From positions 36,446 through 100,445 of the forward strand of contig JACRCD010000017.1 of the NCBI GenBank assembly GCA_016219175.1: a stretch of DNA of 64,000 nt, in the 5' to 3' direction. Both the position numbers and the translations under genes were made by a program. The notes under the pieces were generated by a model that did no database searches, was not told where the DNA came from, and saw only the letters and a program-made list of their open reading frames with translations. Source of the stretch: Deltaproteobacteria bacterium. GTDB lineage: Bacteria > Desulfobacterota > Desulfobulbia > Desulfobulbales > SURF-16. Positions 26,566 to 35,171 of the stretch are shown here, piece after piece; position 1 is the stretch's first letter, and every line of letters begins with the position of its first letter.

Positions 26566-28413
26566 ATGAAGCTTAATCAGATCGAGAGCGGCACTAAAAT
26601 TGGCGGATTTCAGCTGGAAAAAGAGCTGGGCAGGGGCGGCATGGGGGTTGTTTTCAAGGCCCATGAGCTGTCCCTTAACAGGAAGGTTGCCCTGAAGATC
26701 CTCTCTGAAAGGCTTTCCGAGGATGATGAATTCATAAAACGTTTCCAGCGCGAGGCCAAAGTCGTTGCCGCCCTCAGCCATCCCAATATTGTCAACATCC
26801 TGTCATATGGGGAGGAAAACGGTCTTTATTATTTCGCCATGGAGTACGTCCAGGGCACCGACCTCGGCATCATCTTAAAGGAACGGAACATGATGCCCTT
26901 AAGCGAGGCCCTGCCCATCGCCCTGCAGATTGCCGACGCCCTGGAAGAAGCAGCGGCCAAAGGCGTGGTGCACAGGGACCTGAAACCATCCAATATCATG
27001 ATCGACTCCGTGGGCCGCATCAAGATAACCGATTACGGCATCGCCTATTTCCAGGATGCGGATGCGCGGCTTACCCATACAGGCCTTTACATGGGCACCC
27101 CGGAATACTCCTCTCCCGAACAGGCCAGTGGCCAAAAGCTCGATATCCGCAGCGACATCTATTCACTGGGTGCGGTTCTTTACAAGATGCTGTCCGGCGA
27201 ACCGCCCGTCACCGGCGAATCTCCCCTGGCCGTGGTGGCCAAGATCATGACCGAGCCCATCAGGCCGATCGCCAAGGTTAACCCTTCCCTGCCCAAACCG
27301 GTCTGCGACCTGATTGACAAGATGACGGCAAAAGAGCTTGATAAAAGGTTCCAGACGCCGCGCGAGGTGACCGATGCCATAGCCTCCTGCATGACCAAGC
27401 TGCATATCGAGGCGCCGGTGACGGGCCGAGTACCCTCAGCGGTCGCCGGCGCTCCTCCTCCCCCGCTGCCCGGGATCCAGCATAAACCAAAAAAGATGAA
27501 GACCTATGCCGCGGCAGCCGGAATCATCCTGGCCATCCTGCTTTCCATCTGGACAGTGGACGCCTTGTTCTTAAAAGAGAAACCGGAAGAAAAAGTAGAA
27601 CAGCCCGCCACCTCGGAACCGGCGGTTCAGACCCAGCCCCCGGCCCAGGAGGCTGCCGTCCCTCCCCCGTCGGCCCAGAAGCAACCCGTAACATCCCGGC
27701 AGGAGACCATGGCCAAAAAGGAAGAGCCGGCTCCCCCTCCCGCACCTCCCGCCAGGGTTGAAAAACCAGCGGCAATGCAGGTTGAGAAACCGGTGGCGGC
27801 CCGGGAAGAGCCGAGACAGGAAGAACCGGTCAGCCCTTACCGGGAGACTGCGCCGGAAAAAGCGGCTAAATTAAAGGAAAAGCCGGTGACCACGGCCAAG
27901 ATTGACAAAACACCTGCTGTTGCCCTGCCAAGGATACCCGTGGTGCTGACCATTGTCTCAGGGGACGAGACCATGGCGCCGGTAGTGCAGACTCATATTG
28001 AAAGCGTGCTGGCGGACAGCGGTCTGCAGGTCACTTCGGTGGCTGAGATACCCGTGCTGATGGAAAAAATGCAGATGGGCAGCCTGCCCGTGTCCTGGTA
28101 TGACATCAAGCGGCTGATTCCAAACGAACAGGCCAACATCATTCTCATCTCCCAGATTCAGCAGACCGGCACCATGCCCCTGCAGTTTTACGGCAGGACT
28201 CAGACACTCACCACCGTATCCTTCACGGTGCGGGCGGTTGACATGGAAACCGGCGCCACGGCGGGAAAATCCGCCTCCGGCACGGCGAAATTCACCCCGC
28301 TTAACATGGATGAGGAACTGAGAAAGGCCGTGACAAAAACCGTGGAGGGCATGGGGCAGACCATCAAACAGTATTGGCAGCAAAAGCTGCAGGGCGCCGA
28401 ACCAAAGGGATAG
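26566..28413 (+). CDS. transmembrane Ser/Thr protein kinase with Pro/Glu-rich linker and extracytoplasmic alpha/beta domain
   Basis: GRGGMGVVFKA, HRDLKPSNIM and GTPEYSSPEQ motifs. A single TM (AAAAGIILAILLSIW) follows the kinase domain, then a ~280-aa C-terminal region. Confidence 0.9.
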   Translation: MKLNQIESGTKIGGFQLEKELGRGGMGVVFKAHELSLNRKVALKILSERLSEDDEFIKRFQREAKVVAALSHPNIVNILSYGEENGLYYFAMEYVQGTDLGIILKERNMMPLSEALPIALQIADALEEAAAKGVVHRDLKPSNIMIDSVGRIKITDYGIAYFQDADARLTHTGLYMGTPEYSSPEQASGQKLDIRSDIYSLGAVLYKMLSGEPPVTGESPLAVVAKIMTEPIRPIAKVNPSLPKPVCDLIDKMTAKELDKRFQTPREVTDAIASCMTKLHIEAPVTGRVPSAVAGAPPPPLPGIQHKPKKMKTYAAAAGIILAILLSIWTVDALFLKEKPEEKVEQPATSEPAVQTQPPAQEAAVPPPSAQKQPVTSRQETMAKKEEPAPPPAPPARVEKPAAMQVEKPVAAREEPRQEEPVSPYRETAPEKAAKLKEKPVTTAKIDKTPAVALPRIPVVLTIVSGDETMAPVVQTHIESVLADSGLQVTSVAEIPVLMEKMQMGSLPVSWYDIKRLIPNEQANIILISQIQQTGTMPLQFYGRTQTLTTVSFTVRAVDMETGATAGKSASGTAKFTPLNMDEELRKAVTKTVEGMGQTIKQYWQQKLQGAEPKG

Positions 28414-28427
28414 AAGAAGAACCGCAG

Positions 28428-29249
28428 ATGACACAGACCTTCCTCTCCGCGCTGCTGGTGGTTGCAGGCGTTTATCTCTGCTTCGGGGCGACGCTGTTTG
28501 TCAACCAGTCGCGCTTTATCTACTATCCCGATCCCGGCCTGGTTGCAACGCCGCGGGAGGTCGGTCTCGAGTACCAGACGATTTCCTTTACCACGGAGGA
28601 CGGGGTGAAGCTTTCCGCCTGGCTCATTCCGGCTCGGAATGCCAAGGGGGTCATCCTCTTCTGTCACGGCAACGGCGGGAATATTTCCCATTGCCTGGAG
28701 ACGATCGCCATCTTCCACCGTCTCGGCTATTCCACCTTTATTTTTGATTACCGGGGCTACGGAGAAAGCGAGGGAACCCCCTCTGAAACAGGAACATACC
28801 TGGACGTGCAGGGTGCCTGGAATTACCTGGTCAAACAGGAAAACATCCAGCCGGCGCGGATCATCCTCCATGGCCGCTCCCTGGGCGGGGCGATCGCCGC
28901 CTGGCTATGCAGCCGCGAGAAGCCCCGCGCCTGCATCATTGAATCGGCCTTCACCTCCGCGCCCGACATGGCCTCCGCCATGTATCCAGCTTTTCCGGGC
29001 CGGTTGCTCTGCCGTTTCCGGTATGACACAGAGGCGGCAGTCAAAAAAATCCGCAGCCCGCTGCTGATCGTGCACAGCCCGGACGATGAGATTGTCCCCT
29101 TCAGCCATGGCCACCGTCTTTTTGCTGCTGCCACGGAGCCAAAAAGTTTTCTGCGGATCAGCGGCACTCATAATGCGGGCTTTCTGCAGAGCGGCCGGGA
29201 GTATGAAACAGGGCTGGAAGATTTTTTAAACAACAATCCGTCACAGTAA
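28428..29249 (+). CDS. alpha/beta hydrolase (ABHD13/BEM46-like)
   Basis: N-terminal TM, HGNGGN motif, and nucleophile elbow HGRSLGG. ATG 28428 was chosen because the longer ORF overlaps the kinase gene. Confidence 0.8.
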   Translation: MTQTFLSALLVVAGVYLCFGATLFVNQSRFIYYPDPGLVATPREVGLEYQTISFTTEDGVKLSAWLIPARNAKGVILFCHGNGGNISHCLETIAIFHRLGYSTFIFDYRGYGESEGTPSETGTYLDVQGAWNYLVKQENIQPARIILHGRSLGGAIAAWLCSREKPRACIIESAFTSAPDMASAMYPAFPGRLLCRFRYDTEAAVKKIRSPLLIVHSPDDEIVPFSHGHRLFAAATEPKSFLRISGTHNAGFLQSGREYETGLEDFLNNNPSQ

Positions 29250-29268
29250 ACCTTGGTCAATTATCCCC

Positions 29269-30039
29269 ATGCAATCACTTAAAGATCTTGTTGCGTCCCA
29301 GCCCTATCTGGTGGTCGGCCACCGGGGGGCCTCAAGCGAGGCCCCGGAAAACACCCTGGCGGCAATGACTCTCGCCCTGCAGTCAGGGGTGGCGATGATT
29401 GAAATTGATGTGCAGATAAGCGCGGACGGCCAGGTGGTCGTCTTTCACGACGAGACCCTGGAAAGAACCAGCAATGGCCGAGGGTTCATCCGCCATTTCT
29501 CCTATGAGGAACTGAAAAAACTGGACGCGGGTTGCTGGTTTGCCGAAAAATTCAGAGGAGAACGCATCCCCCTGCTTACCGAGGTCTTTGCCTTGCTGCG
29601 GGGCAGGGGTTGTGTCAATGTTGAGATCAAACCGCCCTCAGCAGGAGAGAACTGGCAAAAAAGGGTGGAACTGATCGCCCGGACCACCGCGGCCGCGGAG
29701 ATGATCCCCTTCACCCTCTTTTCTTCCTTTCATCATGAGTCCCTCACCCACTTAAACGCTCTGCAGCAAGGCTTCCATACCGCCGCCCTGCTGCCGCCGG
29801 GCGACGAACGCCTGCCGTCCCAGGTTCTGCGGGCCACTTCCAGCGAGGGTTTTGTCTGTTCCCTTGCCCAGTTGACTCCGGAACGCGCGGCTGATATCGC
29901 CCGCCACGAGATCTTTACCGGGGTCTACACCATCAATACAATAGAGGATGCCGAACTGGCCCTGGCCGGAAAAGCCAAGGCCATAGTTACGGATTGCCCT
30001 GGATTCATGATCAAGCAGTTGCGCATGAGCGGCGGATGA
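29269..30039 (+). CDS. glycerophosphodiester phosphodiesterase
   Basis: GHRGASSEAPENTLAAM and IEIDVQ motifs of the GDPD family. Confidence 0.85.
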   Translation: MQSLKDLVASQPYLVVGHRGASSEAPENTLAAMTLALQSGVAMIEIDVQISADGQVVVFHDETLERTSNGRGFIRHFSYEELKKLDAGCWFAEKFRGERIPLLTEVFALLRGRGCVNVEIKPPSAGENWQKRVELIARTTAAAEMIPFTLFSSFHHESLTHLNALQQGFHTAALLPPGDERLPSQVLRATSSEGFVCSLAQLTPERAADIARHEIFTGVYTINTIEDAELALAGKAKAIVTDCPGFMIKQLRMSGG

Positions 30040-30073
30040 ACCTCGTTATCCACATCTCCGCAGGCAGTCAGTC

Positions 30074-31342
30074 TTGAATTCCCGAAAAGAGATTCTTTCC
30101 TGGGCGTTTTACGACTGGGCCAATTCCGCCTTTGCCACCAGCATCATGGCCGGATTTTTTCCGCTGTTCTTCAAACAGTACTGGTGCGCCGGGGTTGACG
30201 TTTCGACCAGCACCTTCCGTTTGGGACTGGCAAACTCCATCGGCAGCCTGGCCGTCATTTTTCTGGCCCCGGTGCTTGGCGCCATCAGTGATCAGGCTGG
30301 AGCAAAAAAGAAATTCCTATTTTTTTTCATCGTGCTGGGGGTGCTGATGAGCACCAGCCTCTACTATGTCGCCCAGGGCGCCTGGCTAATGGCATCCCTG
30401 CTCTATGTTGCCGGGATCATAGGATTTTCAGGAGGGAATGTGTTTTACGATGCCCTGCTGGTCAATGTGGCGTCTCCCGCCAGATCCGACAGGGTTTCAG
30501 CCCTTGGTTATGCCCTGGGCTACCTGGGCGGCGGTTTGCTGTTTGCTCTCAACGTAGGGATGACCATAAAGCCCGCCCTCTTCGGTCTGGAAAACGTTAG
30601 TGAAGCGGTGCGATTCTCTTTTGTCAGTGTCGCGCTCTGGTGGGCCTTCTTTTCCCTGCCGGTCCTGCTCTGGGTCAACGAACCCCGCCCCCCGGACAAA
30701 CGTGGCCGCCGCAACATAGTGAGCGCCGGATTCCGCCAACTTAGGCAAACCTTTGCCGAAATCCGCAAGCTGCGCGTGGTTCTTCTCTTTCTGGCAGGTT
30801 ACTGGCTCTATATTGACGGACTCGACACCATCATCCGCATGGCTGTTGATTACGGACTGTCTCTTGGTTTTGATGCCTCCGGCCTGATGCTGGCCCTGCT
30901 CATCACCCAGTTTGTCGGTTTTCCCGCCGCCCTTGTCTTCGGCAGACTGGGGGAAAGGCTGGGAACAAAAAAGGCCATCCTGCTGGGTCTGGGCATCTAT
31001 CTGCTGGTTACGGTCTGGGCAATGTCCATGGACAGTATCAACGAATTTTACCTGCTGGCCGTGGCTATCGGTCTTGTCCAGGGAGGAGTCCAGTCCCTCA
31101 GCAGATCGCTTTACTCGCGCCTCATCCCTGTGGGAAAATCCGCTGAATTCTTCGGCTTCTACAATATGCTCGGCAAATTTGCCGCGGTCCTGGGCCCGCT
31201 GCTCATGGGACTTATCAGCCTCCTCACCGACAGCCCCCGCCTTTCCCTGCTGGCTATTATCCTGCTCTTTGTCAGCGGGGCAATTCTCCTCTATTTTGTC
31301 GATGAAGAGGAGGGAACAAGGCTGGCCCGGGAAATGAATTAA
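30074..31342 (+). CDS. MFS transporter (UMF1/Atg22-like family)
   Basis: ILSWAFYDWANSAFATSI N-terminal motif and about 12 TM segments; TTG start. Confidence 0.8.
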   Translation: MNSRKEILSWAFYDWANSAFATSIMAGFFPLFFKQYWCAGVDVSTSTFRLGLANSIGSLAVIFLAPVLGAISDQAGAKKKFLFFFIVLGVLMSTSLYYVAQGAWLMASLLYVAGIIGFSGGNVFYDALLVNVASPARSDRVSALGYALGYLGGGLLFALNVGMTIKPALFGLENVSEAVRFSFVSVALWWAFFSLPVLLWVNEPRPPDKRGRRNIVSAGFRQLRQTFAEIRKLRVVLLFLAGYWLYIDGLDTIIRMAVDYGLSLGFDASGLMLALLITQFVGFPAALVFGRLGERLGTKKAILLGLGIYLLVTVWAMSMDSINEFYLLAVAIGLVQGGVQSLSRSLYSRLIPVGKSAEFFGFYNMLGKFAAVLGPLLMGLISLLTDSPRLSLLAIILLFVSGAILLYFVDEEEGTRLAREMN

Positions 31343-31385
31343 CCGGGCAAACCCCGGGGTGGTGAAGCAAGACCACCGACCCCAG

Positions 31386-34300
31386 TTATTCCTCCATGGG
31401 CCCCGGAACCGACCACTCGGCCGTGCCGTCAAAATCCTCGTCCAGATAAAACGTATTGGTGGAAGGGCGGTAGACCCCGATATCATCATCGCCGTCCCCG
31501 TCCCAATCGCCGATAACAGGCACATCCGTCGAAAGGCCGAAATACTGGGCGTGGTCATGCACCCCGTCATCATCGTCGTCCAGATAGAAGCGGGCGGCGG
31601 ACGGCCGGAAAATGCCGACACTGTCAACCCCATCCCCATCCCAGTCGCCGACCAGGGAGTAGTCGCCCAGCCTGCCGATGGTAACCGCCCGGTTATGAAT
31701 ACCGTCCTCGTTGAAATCCAGGTAATAACGCCGCGCCGAAGGGCGGAACACCCCGATATCATCATAGCCGTCACTGTCCCAGTCCCCGACTACCGGCAGA
31801 TCACTTGACCTGCCGATGGTAACTGTAGCGTCAGCTACGCTGTCCAGATCGTCATCAAGAAAAAATTTTCTGTCAGCACTGCGGAAAACCCCGATATCAT
31901 CATAGCCGTCACCGTCCCAGTCGCCGGTTACCGGCAGGTCCGTGCTTCGGGCAAAGGGAACCACCGCGTCGGCAATCCCGTCGTCATTGACATCAAGCAG
32001 AAACTTGTTGCCGCTGAACAGACCGACATTATCATAGCCATCGCCGTCCCAGTCGCCGACAATCGGGGTAACCGAGGAGAGAGAGATCTGGTCTACCCAG
32101 CCGATATCCGACCCGGACGAAGCAGAGCCATCCTTGGTGTATGACCAGCGCAGGGCATGGGCTCCGGCTGCAAGGATATAACTTTTCTGCTCCCAGTCCT
32201 GTTCCCCGCTGGTACTGAAAACCTCCGTCCCGTCAACAGCAAAGCGCAGGTAATCATAGCCGCTTTCGGAACTCACCTGCCACCAAAAGGAGACAACGAG
32301 AGGCCCGGTTACACTGGTCTCCATCCAGCTCTGCTGGCTGTCGGCGATCTCCCCGCTCCCGGCCGCATCCACCCCGTCATGGGTTATCGTCTGCTGCCGG
32401 GTCCAGACGGCATTGCCTCCGGTCGCCCAGGAAAAAGAAGCGGCATCAACCGCGTCTCCCAGGGTGCTCTGGCCCCCCCCGCTGCTCCATGTTGCCGTGA
32501 TTCTGTAAGATAACAACCCTGTCGCCCAGTTCCTGACACCAATCCACCATTGTCCGGATTCAGGAGAGGAAAAGGAACAGCTGTCATTGCTGGTGGAACT
32601 GTTCATGGAGTTGCAATCATAGGCGGACGCCAGTGGTTTCTCCCCACGGTTGACATACAGATCAACATCAGCGGTCATATTGGTGACTTCAATCGACAGG
32701 TCCGAGGCGCCGACAGGCAGGGTCACATAATAATATTTCCAAGTGCCCCCCGAGATTGATGGGGTCATTGTTTGATTGAGAGCAACCCCATTGTTCAAAG
32801 GGGTATCGGAGGAGGATACCCCCTGCTGGGTGAAACTGAACTCCTGATCCCCCACGGTGATGGCGCCGCTACGGCTGCTGCTGCCCGTGTTTGCCGCCAC
32901 CGAGAAAACGATGGTCGAGCTGCCCGTGCCGCCGGTGCCGGTAGTGATGGAGGCCCAGCTCACCGAGCTCGCCGCGGTCCATGTGCAGCTATCCCCGGTA
33001 TTTACCGAGATACTGCCCGTGCCAACATCCGCCGCAAAGGTATTGGTAAGGGAATTGAGACTGTACGTGCAACTGGTCGGGGCGGCCTGGCTGATGGTAA
33101 AACTCCTGCCGGCGATCGTCATCGCGCCGCTGCGGCTATCTCCGGTATTGGCCCCGATCGAATAAGAGACCGTTCCGCTGCCGGCGCCACTGGCGCCTGC
33201 GGTGATAGAGGCCCAGCCCAGGTTCGAGCTGGATGTCCAGGCGCATCCGCTTTGCGTGGTCACCGAAACACTGCCTGTGCTTCCGGCAGCCGACACTGTC
33301 GCACTTTCAGGAGATATGGTGTAGGTGCAGGAAGATGCGGCCTGCTGGGTTACGGTGAAGCTCTCTCCGGCGATGGTCAGTGTCCCGCTGCGGCCGCTGC
33401 CCGTGTTTGCGGCAACCGTGTAGCTGACCGTCCCGCCTCCGGTGCCGCTGGCGCCGGAGGTGATGGTAATCCAGCTGACATTGCTGGCCGCTGTCCGCGT
33501 ACAACCGCTCTGGGTCGTCACCGTAACCGAGCCTGTGGACCCGGCCGCCGGAACGGTCGCGCTGGCCGGACTGATACTGTACGAGCAGGAACTCTGGTAA
33601 TTCACATAGCTCGCCCCGTAGCCGACCTGGGAGGTATTCCACCTGATCCGCATATAGCCGGACTCACCCCACCCTGTTCCCCAGGAATTTCTCAGGATCC
33701 AGGTCTGCTCGGTATCGTTCCAGCCCACCAGCACAATACCGTGATTGACCCCTCCCGAACAGACCGAGGACTCATCGGTTGAGAAGATCCCTCCCGTGTA
33801 CTGCTGCAAAGCGGGGCCGGAGCAGATTGCGGCGCTGACCGGTCCGTAGTTGTAGATCGCCTCCTTGATCTGGGAGACTGACGGCGAGGCCGACATCTGC
33901 TGCCAGGAGTTTATGGCATAAGGATGGCTGGCGATCGCCCGGCATGTCCCGTCTGTCTGGGTGTAAGGCATATCAGTCTCCAGGACCGCTCCGGCAAGGT
34001 TCTGCAGATTGCCCAGGGTATCCTGATGATAGTCATGGGCCCACCAGCCGCCGTCACAACTCCAACTATCCTTATTGCACGAGACCAGAAACTGCTCGGA
34101 CAGGTCGGTGTCGATCCCCGATCTGATCTTGATCGCCCCCTCCAGCACGCCAACGGTCGCAAAAGCCCAGCAGCTTCCGCATTGCCCCTGGTCACGGATG
34201 CTGGTCAGCCCGCCTGATGAGCGCCAGTCAAAGGATGACGGCACCGACTTGAGCGTTTCCGCGAGGGACAAATCGCTTTGTTGAGCGGAGGGCGCTGGCA

Positions 34301-35030
34301 GCGATTGACTTTGCCCGGCCGCCTCGGCCGTTGCCGTGTCCGGATCGGACAGATCGAGGGTATCCGGCAATTCTCCGGACACCTCGATATCAAGAGCGCC
34401 CGACACCTCGCCGGACTCCTCCCATGGGCGTTGATAGTGCATGATGATGTTTTTGGCGCCATCCTGCCTGGCCCGCAGAAAAAAGAGCTGTGTACCCGCA
34501 CCGCCGACAAACGGGCTTGTTTGCTCAAATTTCTCATCCTGGTTCTTGGTAAAGGACATCCCTGGGGCAGCATCGATTGTCCAGCCATAGCCGGTGGAAA
34601 TATTACTGACTACCTTGACAACCACATCCTTGCCAGCAGGGGTTTCTCCCCTGATGGAGAGCCTTGCCGGTTGCATGATGAGCTTTTTCATGTCCCCGGC
34701 GGGATTAAAGATAACCTTGCGAAGATCAGCAACAGAACCTTCGCCCTTGAGAGTAACCGTGGCAAGACGTTTGCCGCCGGATGTTCTGGCTGCGACTTCC
34801 AAGGAGGACCTGCTGGCGGCAGCCACCTGGTCAAGGGTCACCAGTTTGTCAAGGATAACCTCCTCATGATCCGTAACCTCATACTGCCATCTGAGACTTA
34901 CCGACGGAGGACCGGCGGCATGGGCAAGTCCTGCCCCTGCCGGCGCGGCATAGCCATACGCGGCAAGTACTGTAAGAAGAAAGAATCCGTAGAAAAACCT
35001 GTGTGCGCCTTTGCTTATTGTATCCCACAT
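31386..35030 (-). CDS. secreted multidomain protein: I42 (chagasin-like) inhibitor domain + C1A papain-family peptidase + 3x Ig/BACON-like repeats + PPC domain + jelly-roll-like domain + 5x FG-GAP/VCBS-like Ca-binding repeats
   Basis: Signal-like N-terminus from ATG 35030 (the ORF-track TTG at 35117 is less likely). I42 motifs are NISTGYGW, VGGAGTQLFF and YQRPW. C1A motifs are QGQCGSCWAF (Cys), VNHGIVLVGW (His) and NSWGTGWGESGY (Asn). Three ~85-aa repeats follow the pattern SC.Y.ISP...GS.SV.T...C.WTA.S...W..I. The PPC-like segment ends ...WWIGVRNW, and five GDWDGDG..D.IGVFR repeats close the protein. Confidence 0.85.
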   Translation of the reverse strand: MWDTISKGAHRFFYGFFLLTVLAAYGYAAPAGAGLAHAAGPPSVSLRWQYEVTDHEEVILDKLVTLDQVAAASRSSLEVAARTSGGKRLATVTLKGEGSVADLRKVIFNPAGDMKKLIMQPARLSIRGETPAGKDVVVKVVSNISTGYGWTIDAAPGMSFTKNQDEKFEQTSPFVGGAGTQLFFLRARQDGAKNIIMHYQRPWEESGEVSGALDIEVSGELPDTLDLSDPDTATAEAAGQSQSLPAPSAQQSDLSLAETLKSVPSSFDWRSSGGLTSIRDQGQCGSCWAFATVGVLEGAIKIRSGIDTDLSEQFLVSCNKDSWSCDGGWWAHDYHQDTLGNLQNLAGAVLETDMPYTQTDGTCRAIASHPYAINSWQQMSASPSVSQIKEAIYNYGPVSAAICSGPALQQYTGGIFSTDESSVCSGGVNHGIVLVGWNDTEQTWILRNSWGTGWGESGYMRIRWNTSQVGYGASYVNYQSSCSYSISPASATVPAAGSTGSVTVTTQSGCTRTAASNVSWITITSGASGTGGGTVSYTVAANTGSGRSGTLTIAGESFTVTQQAASSCTYTISPESATVSAAGSTGSVSVTTQSGCAWTSSSNLGWASITAGASGAGSGTVSYSIGANTGDSRSGAMTIAGRSFTISQAAPTSCTYSLNSLTNTFAADVGTGSISVNTGDSCTWTAASSVSWASITTGTGGTGSSTIVFSVAANTGSSSRSGAITVGDQEFSFTQQGVSSSDTPLNNGVALNQTMTPSISGGTWKYYYVTLPVGASDLSIEVTNMTADVDLYVNRGEKPLASAYDCNSMNSSTSNDSCSFSSPESGQWWIGVRNWATGLLSYRITATWSSGGGQSTLGDAVDAASFSWATGGNAVWTRQQTITHDGVDAAGSGEIADSQQSWMETSVTGPLVVSFWWQVSSESGYDYLRFAVDGTEVFSTSGEQDWEQKSYILAAGAHALRWSYTKDGSASSGSDIGWVDQISLSSVTPIVGDWDGDGYDNVGLFSGNKFLLDVNDDGIADAVVPFARSTDLPVTGDWDGDGYDDIGVFRSADRKFFLDDDLDSVADATVTIGRSSDLPVVGDWDSDGYDDIGVFRPSARRYYLDFNEDGIHNRAVTIGRLGDYSLVGDWDGDGVDSVGIFRPSAARFYLDDDDDGVHDHAQYFGLSTDVPVIGDWDGDGDDDIGVYRPSTNTFYLDEDFDGTAEWSVPGPMEE
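31404..32072 (-). repeat. copy 1 of dispersed direct repeat encoding the 5-repeat FG-GAP-like module
   Basis: Aligns without indels to 36396-37067 at an offset of 4998 in the stretch checked. There were 9 mismatches in ~168 nt compared by eye, and 31633-31693 is identical to 36631-36691 (61 nt). Confidence 0.85.
32823..33590 (-). repeat. three tandem ~250-bp intragenic repeats (Ig/BACON-like domains)
   Basis: Protein-level repeats at ORF aa 510-593, 596-678 and 682-765 share C.Y.I/L...G..GS.SV.T...C.WTA/S.S..SW..IT.G..G.GS.T..... .AN.G..RSG..T..G..F...Q. Confidence 0.8.
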
Positions 35031-35171
35031 CGCAGCTGTCCCATAAATTTTTCCACGCCGAAAGCTGATGTAATATTCAACAGGTTGTGGCTTTGGAGGT
35101 TTAAAAAGATAAGTCAAAACACCGTTTGTCCGGTCGTTCAGGAGAATTCTGATCTTGAAATTCCGTGCTCC

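Noticed and set aside
30497-31774. 425-aa minus-strand ORF spanning the MFS gene and the end of the peptidase gene
   Set aside because: It is antisense to the MFS transporter for most of its length and out of frame with the FG-GAP repeats. The composition is implausible (MGMG, TAMMISG repeats arising from the alternate frame of GDWDGDG codons).
32823-33590. Regularly spaced repeats that could superficially suggest a CRISPR array
   Set aside because: Units are ~250 bp, diverged, in-frame, and encode a repeated protein domain within one long ORF. There are no short identical repeats with unique spacers.
32772-33782. 336-aa plus-strand ORF
   Set aside because: It is antisense to the Ig/BACON-like repeat region. 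The product is Arg/Gly/Ala-rich and repetitive.
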